NCBI GenBank assembly: GCA_039801565.1 | Contig: JBDRUX010000065.1 | Location: 1-14,262, forward strand | Direction of reading: 5' to 3' | Origin: a candidate division WOR-3 bacterium | Lineage (GTDB): Bacteria; Hydrothermota; Tepidihabitantia; Tepidihabitantales; JAOUPE01 | Length of the DNA: 14,262 nucleotides | In this document: positions 1-8,720 of the stretch, piece after piece | Numbering within the stretch: position 1 is the first letter of the stretch | Layout: every line of letters starts with the position of its first letter | Made by a program: the position numbers and the translations under genes | Notes under the pieces: model-generated | Told to the model about the DNA's origin: nothing | Seen by the model: only the letters and a program-made list of their open reading frames with translations | Database searches by the model: none

Positions 1-1706
<1,706 letters not shown>

Positions 1707-1735
1707 TCGGAAACCTGCCAATTCTTAAGATTTAT

Positions 1736-1851
1736 CCCGGTGGTAATACCGGAGGGGTAACACCTCTTCCCATTCCGAACAGAGTCGTTAAGCCCTCCAG
1801 GGCCAATGGTACTGTGTTGGCAACGACACGGGAGAGTAGGTCGCCACCGGG
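1736..1851 (+). rRNA. rrf: 5S ribosomal RNA
   Basis: Terminal helix CCCGGTGG(1736)...CCACCGGG(1851), conserved CCCATTCCGAAC, GTTAAGC, ATGGTACTG and GGGAGAGTAGGTCGCC. About 116 nt, ~29 nt after the 23S gene. Confidence 0.98.
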
Positions 1852-1872
1852 TTTTTGTTTTAATAGAACACT

Positions 1873-2802
1873 TTACCGAAAGGTTAACCCAAGACCGCCA
1901 TTGAAACTCGGATATTTTGCAAGGTTATAGTCCGCATGAATCAGAAATACCGCGAATTTTAAACTTAACCCAACAACCATCCGGAAATGATTCTCACCAC
2001 TTAGCGAAATATTTATTGACTGAGTAATCGGTTGCGTTTGACCAGGCACTTGATAATTAAAATCATAAGCGAAATTCATATTGGTATTCTCATAACCAAT
2101 GCCGAGGTAAGGAGTTAGAACCGAAAAAGTTTTACTAGTATGAATGTTGGCGCAGAAGGTGGAACTCTTGACAATGTCGCCAATGTTAAAGACCTGATAG
2201 ACACCTTGAACCGCTACATCTACCGGAAGAAATTTCAGACCGAAGAGGTTATTCAATCCAGCCTTAATGCCAACCCCGAAAATTTGTACCTTTGCCTCTT
2301 CAAAGGGAAGCGGAATGTAACGCAACATAACTTCACTACCTTTAATCAGTCCAACACTCAATTGAGGCATCACAAAGGGTAAACCCGGTAAGTTTAATCC
2401 ACCAGGGAAAACTGAAGGAATCGGATAATAGCCAGATGGGGCAGAGACAGGATCTTGACCCGATTCACCAAATACCGTAGCAGTAGTCTCATCAATGAAT
2501 ATGGTATCAGCGAGGTTAGAAGACAGTGCCATCACTTTGGCGACAAAAGTCTTGGCATCTTTTGGAATTGGTATCCACATCGCTTTTAATCCGATATCAA
2601 AACCCAGTAGATTATGAGTTTGAGCGGTATGATACAATCCTGAACCAGTCGCTTCACCGAAACTGGTAATTAGAGGTTGGACGTAACCTTTCAGATTGTT
2701 TTCGTTTATCTTTTTAATCATCTCTAAAAGGTCTGCGGAAAAGCCGAAGTGGAGATAAGCGAGGAAGATTGCGACTACTAAAATTTTGCCTCGGTTCTTC
2801 AT
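1873..2802 (-). CDS. Secreted, probable outer-membrane beta-barrel protein (DUF6588-like), 309 aa
   Basis: Sec-type signal peptide (MKNRGKILVVAIFLAYLHFGFSA), motif GYVQPL...GLYHTAQTH..LGFDIG recalled from DUF6588-type proteins, alternating amphipathic strands in the C-terminal half, C-terminal beta-signal-like FNGGLGLTFR. It has its own RBS (AAGGGAGA) and promoter. The family name is from recall, not a search. Confidence 0.75.
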   Translation of the reverse strand: MKNRGKILVVAIFLAYLHFGFSADLLEMIKKINENNLKGYVQPLITSFGEATGSGLYHTAQTHNLLGFDIGLKAMWIPIPKDAKTFVAKVMALSSNLADTIFIDETTATVFGESGQDPVSAPSGYYPIPSVFPGGLNLPGLPFVMPQLSVGLIKGSEVMLRYIPLPFEEAKVQIFGVGIKAGLNNLFGLKFLPVDVAVQGVYQVFNIGDIVKSSTFCANIHTSKTFSVLTPYLGIGYENTNMNFAYDFNYQVPGQTQPITQSINISLSGENHFRMVVGLSLKFAVFLIHADYNLAKYPSFNGGLGLTFR

Positions 2803-2827
2803 TTTTCTCCCTTCTTTTTAAGAAGTT

Positions 2828-2856
2828 ATTATACTCTAAAATTTTTCTTCTGTCAA
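2828..2856 (-). promoter_or_regulatory. Consensus sigma70-type promoter for the minus-strand gene
   Basis: Minus strand reads TTGACA (2856-2851), 17-nt spacer, TATAAT (2833-2828). This is a perfect consensus 25 nt upstream of the ATG at 2802. Confidence 0.9.
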
Positions 2857-2877
2857 GATATCGGTTTTACTGGTGTC

Positions 2878-2927
2878 ATTGCAAAGCGAAAATGTCCCCT
2901 TTAATTGCAAAACGAAAATGTCCCCTT
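2878..2927 (+). repeat. Two 24-bp direct repeats (putative transposase binding sites in the IS end)
   Basis: ATTGCAAAGCGAAAATGTCCCCTT (2878-2901) and ATTGCAAAACGAAAATGTCCCCTT (2904-2927): one mismatch, 26-bp period. Confidence 0.92.
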
Positions 2928-2964
2928 CTCCTTTATTTAGTTATTATTATTTAAAGGAGGACAA

Positions 2965-3250
2965 ATGCAAGAGCCATCAAAATCGTATGTTAAACTGGGA
3001 GATAGAATTGTGATACTGACCGATGTTAAAAGAGGCACCATCTCACTAAAACAAGTCAGCGAACTACTCGAAACCTCCTACCGCTAGCCAAACGATTATA
3101 CAAAATATTTAAAGCCTTCGGTGCAATAGGACTCTTACAAAAAACGTACTAAAACCATCCCATAATAAAACTGCCATTGAAGTCAAACCGAAAATTATAA
3201 CCATTAAACAACAATTCACTACAAACAATTACTTCCATCTCGCTCACTGA
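2965..3250 (+). pseudogene. Transposase N-terminal helix-turn-helix region, frameshifted (ISNCY/IS1202 type)
   Basis: ATG 2965 gives MQEPSKSYVKLGDRIVILTDVKRGTISLKQVSELLETSYR* (stop 3085-3087). Shifted frames continue AKRLYKIFKAFGAIGLL and KPSHNKTAIEVKPKIITIKQQF. This fits the family pattern R..vi..v..G.it..eAa.lL.lS.Rq..Rl...y...G..gL...rps.nk. Confidence 0.75.
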
Positions 3251-3280
3251 GATATAACCCTCGCCTGCGAATCCAGCCGC

Positions 3281-3577
3281 ATCATTATAAAAGATATAGG
3301 CAAACAAACATTAGTAGACGAACCATCAGCAGATAGATTATTAAAGGTTAAGGATTATGGCTATTGGTAAAATTATAGTTCAGCGCAGCCACAAATATTT
3401 CACGGTGGTGTTAGATTACGAGAAAGATCGGGCAGACCAGGTTAGTTATAAGCAAGATGATGAGGCAATAAACAAGTTATTTCAAAAATGACCAATGAAG
3501 AGTAATAGAAGATTGAACTGGTGGCGATAGATATGTGCCAACCCTATATCAACACTGTTACTCATTATTCTCCCAAT
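3281..3577 (+). pseudogene. Internal fragment of an ISL3-family transposase (degenerate DDE domain)
   Basis: Frames read LRIMAIGKIIVQRSHKYFTVVLDYEKDR...AINKLF and KIELVAIDMCQPYINTVTHYSPN. These match ISL3 motifs lri.aiDE....ghkY.Tvv.D...grv and ieav.iDM..pY..av....P. Several stops and frameshifts; the first catalytic DE reads GK. Confidence 0.82.
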
Positions 3578-3881
3578 AACCATTACTCGAAAATTCTCGC
3601 CAGCATCTCACTCAATACCGGCTTCGTCGTCACAGTCTTAACCCAATCCGTAGCCACACCATCCGAAATGCCCCCCAAAGCCGTAAAGTGAAAAGCGATG
3701 AAATGGTGACTTACCCGTATCCATGAACTGTTGACCGTGCTACAAATGACGGAAACCGGTGGGCCGATGAAACTCTCTGGTTTTTGAGATGATAGGAAAT
3801 TGAATTTGTATAAAACGAGAAACTGAAGCGGTACTTCAAATATTCCTGATACTTAAATACTGTTATTTTTTTGAAAAAATG

Positions 3882-3957
<76 letters not shown>

Positions 3958-3960
3958 ATC

Positions 3961-3989
3961 TTGACATTATTGAAAAAAGGGTTTAAAAT
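3961..3989 (+). promoter_or_regulatory. Sigma70-type promoter for tRNA-Arg and probably the downstream genes
   Basis: TTGACA (3961-3966), 17-nt spacer, TAAAAT (3984-3989), 9 nt before the tRNA 5' end. Confidence 0.85.
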
Positions 3990-3998
3990 TACTTTGTT

Positions 3999-4072
<74 letters not shown>

Positions 4073-4088
4073 TTAATGAAAGGTAGTT

Positions 4089-4763
4089 ATGCGGTTAACT
4101 AAAAAGGAAATAAAGCAGGACTGGTTTACAGAAAAAATCACAAAACTGATTTCTTTGTATTATCGAGAAAAACAGAAGTTTTATATAGCGGTAGGCATCT
4201 TGGTTGGGATTGTGATAATCTTAATTTTTGCTTTAACCGGACGCGGACGGGAGAATCCAGAAATCCAACTCCGTTTCACCCAAGCCTTGGGTCTATTTTC
4301 GATGCAGAATTTTGACCAGGCTGAACAACATTTTGCCGAAATTGCCCGGCGTTTTGCAAATCACCATTTGGGAGCAAAGGCTTATTTTTACTTGGGTAAT
4401 ATCTATTTTCAAACCCAACGCTTTAATGAAGCAAAACGGGCATTTGAGAATTTTTATCGTAAACGACGGAGTGATCCTTTGCTCTCACCAGCCGCACTAA
4501 TGGGAATTGCCAATTGTCAAGAAGAGATGGGAAATTTGAAACAGGCCGCGGAAAATTATTACCAAGTCTACCGGCGCCATCCCAAATCGCCATTAGCGAC
4601 GGATGCGCTATTGGCTTGTGGTCGTTGCTATCAAAATCTTGGTAATTTAGACCAAGCTGAAAAGATTTACAATCTAATTCTAAAAAAGAACCCGACCGGA
4701 CCGTTTGCCGAGGAGGCTAAAGTTCAACTTTCTTTTACCCAAACTTTAAAAAATAAATTTTAA
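4089..4763 (+). CDS. Membrane-anchored tetratricopeptide-repeat protein (YfgM-like N-terminus, CpoB/BamD-like TPRs), 224 aa
   Basis: Basic N-terminus, one TM helix (FYIAVGILVGIVIILIFAL), then TPR units (AYFYLGNIYF...A...F, ALMGIANCQEEMG...A...Y, ALLACGRCY..LG..DQA..IY). RBS GAAAGG upstream. Confidence 0.88.
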   Translation: MRLTKKEIKQDWFTEKITKLISLYYREKQKFYIAVGILVGIVIILIFALTGRGRENPEIQLRFTQALGLFSMQNFDQAEQHFAEIARRFANHHLGAKAYFYLGNIYFQTQRFNEAKRAFENFYRKRRSDPLLSPAALMGIANCQEEMGNLKQAAENYYQVYRRHPKSPLATDALLACGRCYQNLGNLDQAEKIYNLILKKNPTGPFAEEAKVQLSFTQTLKNKF

Positions 4764-6889
4764 TGCTCGACTTAGCCATAGTCTGGCATTTCCATCAACC
4801 GCCCTACGACGACCCAGAATCCGATGAGTTAATTTTACCGTGGGTTCGCCTGCACGCCGCCAAAGATTATCTTGATATGCTTCTGCTCCTTGATGAATTT
4901 CCACAGGTTAAACTGAATTTTAATTTCACACCCTGTTTAATCCAGCAAATTCTTGGTTACTCACAAAAATCAGACCAGTTGGAGCGATTGACCCAAAAAC
5001 CAGCCGAAGAATTGACTAACGAAGAAAAGATTGCGATTCTTTCTTGTTGCTTTCAAGCCCCGGTGGAGACGATGATTAAACCTTACCCACGTTATTTTGA
5101 ACTTTTGGTGAAACGGGGATTTGATTTTGACCCAGCTAATCTACAAGTTATTCGAAAATTTCAACCGGCCGATTTTCGTGACCTCCAAGTTTTAGCCAAT
5201 TTGGTTTGGGTTGACCCGTGGTTTCGGAATCAAAAACCGATTTCCGAATTATTCACCAAGCGTCGTTATTACACTGAAGAAGACAAACAAATTGTCTTGA
5301 AGTTTATGCGGGAAATTTTGGGACGAATTATTGACGAATACCGCCGGGCTTGCCAAGCCAAGAGAATTGAGCTTTTAACATCACCGTTTTATCATCCAAT
5401 TCTGCCATTATTGTGTGATGCCAATAGCGCTTTGGTTGCTAACCCTAACCGACCACCGCCCGATTGGGATTTTCGGTTCCCCGAAGATGCCCTGGCACAA
5501 TTGGAACAAGGAATTGCTTATTTTGAGCAGACTTTTGGGTTAAGACCGAATGGTATTTGGCTGCCCGAAACTGCGGTGAGTGAAGAGGTATTATCACTTT
5601 TAGTTAAAATTGGTGTGCAGTGGACAATTGCTGATGAGAAGATATTGGCAAAGACTTTGTCCATAACTTTCGAGCGCGATTTTAATGGCAATTTAAATAA
5701 CGGCGAGTTGCTTTGCACTCCATATCAATACGAAATTCAAAATCCAAAATCCAAAACCCAAAATATAACGATTCTATTTCGCGACACTTTTCTCTCTGAC
5801 CTCATTGGATTTAAATATGGCACCTGGGATGGTATTGCTGCGGCTGAAGACCTTTATCGTCGAATTAAGGCAATCGGTGCTCAATTGCCAGCTAATAAAA
5901 ACTATCTTTTGGTGATTGCCTTGGATGGCGAAAACCCTTGGGAAAATTATAAAAACGATGGAATTGATTTCCTGCGTCATTTCTATGGTTTATTAAACCA
6001 GGAATCAAATATCAAGACCGTAAGAATTACTGACTATTTGAAAACCCAAAACTATTTTCCGGTACTAAAAAACTTGCAACCGGGGTCTTGGGTTCAAGGT
6101 AATTTTGATATCTGGTCAGGGTCAGAAGAAGATAGTAAGGCTTGGCAATTGTTAAGTAAGACAAGAAAAGATTTATTAACTTATGAAAAAAAATCTAATC
6201 GAAGAGTTGATAAAGCTTGGGATGAAATCTATAAAGCAGAGGCAAGTGATTGGTTCTGGTGGTTTGGCGAAGAACACTTTAGTGTTTACGACAAAACTTT
6301 TGATGCTTTATTTCGAAAACATCTAATTCAAGTTTATCGAATTACGAATCAACCTCAGCCGATTGAATTAGAAGAACCGATTAAAAAATCTTCTAAATAT
6401 TTGGCAGTTTTACCAAAAAATTATATTAGACCGATAATTGATGGTAAAGAGACAAATTTTTATGAATGGCGCGATGCTGGTTACTTTGATTTAACCCCTC
6501 AAGTAGTAACTATGCATCCAGCAGTTGACTGGCTGAAAAAGGTTTGGTATGGTTTTGATGAGGATTATAATTTTTATTTACGGATTGACTCAGCACTGGC
6601 GCACAAGGACTGGGTTAACCGGCAATGTAAAATTGAATTTCTTAATTTACCGGGCGAAATCGTGCTGCAGAGAAACGGTGCATATTTTTGTCAGTCCGGA
6701 AAACGATTCGACTTAGAATCGGCTTGCGACGAGTGCTACGAATTGAAAATACCCAAAGGTTTAATAACCCTACCAAAAATTCAGTTTGTGATTAAACTTT
6801 TTAACTCCAAAAACGAATTGGCTATTTCAAAAGTTTTACAAATCGAAATGTGGAATGAGCGGTCGCAAACCGGTTTTTGGCCGATATAA
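4763..6889 (+). CDS. Glycoside hydrolase family 57 (amylopullulanase/alpha-amylase-like), 708 aa, no signal peptide
   Basis: All five GH57 conserved regions are visible: WHFHQP, ELLTSPFYHPILPLL, WLPETAV (catalytic Glu), ALDGENPWENY (catalytic Asp), AEASDWFWW. The C-terminal extension begins with P.IDG....YEW..AG. The start overlaps the upstream stop (TAATG). Confidence 0.95.
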   Translation: MLDLAIVWHFHQPPYDDPESDELILPWVRLHAAKDYLDMLLLLDEFPQVKLNFNFTPCLIQQILGYSQKSDQLERLTQKPAEELTNEEKIAILSCCFQAPVETMIKPYPRYFELLVKRGFDFDPANLQVIRKFQPADFRDLQVLANLVWVDPWFRNQKPISELFTKRRYYTEEDKQIVLKFMREILGRIIDEYRRACQAKRIELLTSPFYHPILPLLCDANSALVANPNRPPPDWDFRFPEDALAQLEQGIAYFEQTFGLRPNGIWLPETAVSEEVLSLLVKIGVQWTIADEKILAKTLSITFERDFNGNLNNGELLCTPYQYEIQNPKSKTQNITILFRDTFLSDLIGFKYGTWDGIAAAEDLYRRIKAIGAQLPANKNYLLVIALDGENPWENYKNDGIDFLRHFYGLLNQESNIKTVRITDYLKTQNYFPVLKNLQPGSWVQGNFDIWSGSEEDSKAWQLLSKTRKDLLTYEKKSNRRVDKAWDEIYKAEASDWFWWFGEEHFSVYDKTFDALFRKHLIQVYRITNQPQPIELEEPIKKSSKYLAVLPKNYIRPIIDGKETNFYEWRDAGYFDLTPQVVTMHPAVDWLKKVWYGFDEDYNFYLRIDSALAHKDWVNRQCKIEFLNLPGEIVLQRNGAYFCQSGKRFDLESACDECYELKIPKGLITLPKIQFVIKLFNSKNELAISKVLQIEMWNERSQTGFWPI
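5731..5765 (+). repeat. Heptamer tandem repeat (CAAAATC-like x5) within the GH57 coding sequence
   Basis: CGAAATT CAAAATC CAAAATC CAAAACC CAAAATA, translated as EIQNPKSKTQN. Confidence 0.8.
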
Positions 6890-6915
6890 TCACCACAGCT
6901 ATAATTCCCGAAATC

Positions 6916-6943
6916 TTGACTTATTGACTGGTTAAAGTATTAT
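6916..6943 (+). promoter_or_regulatory. Probable sigma70-type promoter for tamA-tamB(-priA)
   Basis: TTGACT (6916-6921), 16-nt spacer, TATTAT (6938-6943). RBS AGGAGA at 6957-6962 precedes the TTG start. Confidence 0.6.
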
Positions 6944-6968
6944 AAAATACACAGACAGGAGAGTATCT

Positions 6969-8720
6969 TTGACTTTTCGCCTTTTGCCGAATCTAATCCT
7001 TTTGTTAGTCCTTTGGGGATTGGTTCGAGGTGAAGACAAAATTGAGGCAATCCGCTTTCAAGGTAATCAAAGTTTTAGCAGTAAGTTTTTAAGAAGATTA
7101 ATTGTTACGAAACCAAAACAATTACTAAACGAGGTCGATTTAGACTCCGACCGAACTACTTTGAAGAATTTTTATTACAATGAGGGTTTTTTAACCGCAG
7201 GGGTTGATACTCAAATCGAGGCTGGCAAAATCGGGAAAGTCGTTAATTTCATAATCCACGAGGGGGTTAGAGTTCGAATTAATCTGATTAGTATCAGTGG
7301 GTTTACGGTTTTCCCCGAAAAGAAAATTTTGAATTCTTTAAATCTGAAGATTGGCGATTACCTGAAAACACAACTTTTAGAAGATGCCAACAAACGAATC
7401 AGTGATTTATATAAGAATTCTGGCTATCCTTATGTGGAAGTGGAACGAGAAATTGAAGTATCGGATAGCTTAGCCTTGCTCCATTTTACAATTGAAGAAG
7501 GACCGATCAGTTATATCAAAGCAGTTAAAATAAGAGGGAACAATCGAGTTGGGTCTTGGACCATTATTCGAGCTACGGAGATAAGATTGGGTGAGAGGTT
7601 TTCGCAAGAACGTCTTTATCAAGCCCAACGCCGACTCTACGCCACCCGACTCTTTGAACGGGTCGCCTTTTCTCTTCTCGGTATCGAAGAAAAAAGTGAA
7701 AGTTTAACCGTCCAATTTGATGTTAGTGAATTACCAGCCCGCGAAGTTAATTTCGGTATTGGTTACCAATTACCACCCAGTCGTTTTCTTTTTGGTTTAG
7801 GCTGGGAACATCTAAACTTTTTGAACCGAGGTCAAAACCTTTTATTAAATTCGGAATTCACCCCGAACTTTAAGGGTGATTACGAATTAAACTTAAGAGC
7901 AACTTACCGAGTGCCCTATTTGATTAAAACGCCACTTAATTTTGCGACGCGACCATTTCTAAATTTAGCTAACTTAGCAGGTAATCGGACTTTTGAACTT
8001 GGACTGGAAACCGGTATCAACCGATATTTAGGCGCAGATTGGGGAATTAATCTATCAAACCGATTTCGAGTTGTGAAATTCTCTTATTCAGACTCGATTC
8101 AGACTGATACTACAGCTCGTGGTATAACCAACTCATTAATTTTTAATGTTATCTACGATTCCCGCAATAATTTCTTTAACCCCAATCAAGGGGTGTATTT
8201 GGCGCCAACATTGGAAATAGCCGGTGGTCTGCTATTGGGACAAAATGACTTTTATCGAACGAGCCTTGAGTGCCGGGCTTTTCAATCAATTTTCGAGCGA
8301 TTAGTGTTAGCATTGCGAATTTCGTTCGGTGCGGTCACTCCTTATGGTAGGACTTCGGTGATTCCATATTATGAAAAATTTGTTATTGGCGGACGAAACA
8401 CCCTCCGTGGTTATGACGAAAAAGCAATTGGTCCAGATAGCATCGGAAAAGAACACTACGGTGATTTTCTTATTAACACCAATTTAGAAATTAGAACCGG
8501 TTATCTCAAAAATTTCGGTTGGGTCTTCTTTTGGGACGGTGGCGAACTTACGAGTCGTCTTGCTGATTTTAATCTGTCTGGTTATCAATTCAGTATCGGT
8601 TGTGGGTTGCGATTTAATACACCAGTTGGACCAATCCGATTGGATTACGGCAAACGCCTGAGGAATCCGCCAGTTAATGACTGGGGCAAAATTTATCTTG
8701 GATTACTCCATGCTTTCTAA
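6969..8720 (+). CDS. tamA: Omp85-family outer-membrane assembly protein (BamA/TamA family; TamA-like architecture), 583 aa
   Basis: Signal peptide, about three POTRA repeats (IRFQGN..FS, LKNFYYNEGF, LYKNSGYPY, VKIRGN, LYATRLF), barrel motifs YDSRNNFFNP..G, FVIGGRNTLRGY (loop-6 RGY), GLRFNTPVGPIRLDYG, terminal Phe. Lies directly upstream of tamB. TTG start with RBS. Confidence 0.88.
   Translation: MTFRLLPNLILLLVLWGLVRGEDKIEAIRFQGNQSFSSKFLRRLIVTKPKQLLNEVDLDSDRTTLKNFYYNEGFLTAGVDTQIEAGKIGKVVNFIIHEGVRVRINLISISGFTVFPEKKILNSLNLKIGDYLKTQLLEDANKRISDLYKNSGYPYVEVEREIEVSDSLALLHFTIEEGPISYIKAVKIRGNNRVGSWTIIRATEIRLGERFSQERLYQAQRRLYATRLFERVAFSLLGIEEKSESLTVQFDVSELPAREVNFGIGYQLPPSRFLFGLGWEHLNFLNRGQNLLLNSEFTPNFKGDYELNLRATYRVPYLIKTPLNFATRPFLNLANLAGNRTFELGLETGINRYLGADWGINLSNRFRVVKFSYSDSIQTDTTARGITNSLIFNVIYDSRNNFFNPNQGVYLAPTLEIAGGLLLGQNDFYRTSLECRAFQSIFERLVLALRISFGAVTPYGRTSVIPYYEKFVIGGRNTLRGYDEKAIGPDSIGKEHYGDFLINTNLEIRTGYLKNFGWVFFWDGGELTSRLADFNLSGYQFSIGCGLRFNTPVGPIRLDYGKRLRNPPVNDWGKIYLGLLHAF

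Larger units (their letters stand above)
2874..3250 (+). mobile_element. Left end and truncated transposase of a decayed IS (IS1202-family/ISNCY type; IS481-like not excluded)
   Basis: Begins TGT, contains two tandem subterminal repeats with an AAAATGTC core, then strong RBS AAAGGAGG and a broken HTH-type transposase start. No right end recognised. Confidence 0.75.

Noticed and set aside
2878..2927. Direct repeats as a mini CRISPR array or iterons
   Set aside because: Only two copies separated by 2 bp, no spacer, no cas or rep gene. They sit right behind a TGT terminus and before a transposase start.
2140..2954. Plus-strand ORFs 2140-2382 and 2769-2954
   Set aside because: Antisense to the 309-aa gene or running across its promoter and the IS end, with no RBS or protein-like features.
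2968..2996. dif/xrs-like site suggested by GTATGTTAAAC (resembles the XerD arm TTATGTTAAAT)
   Set aside because: No matching XerC arm at 6-bp spacing, and it lies within the transposase reading frame.
3583..3790. Open minus-strand frame ending ...FTALGGISDGVATDWVKTVTTKPVLSEMLARIFE*
   Set aside because: No clear start or RBS and no recognisable family. It overlaps debris that is at least as well explained on the plus strand.
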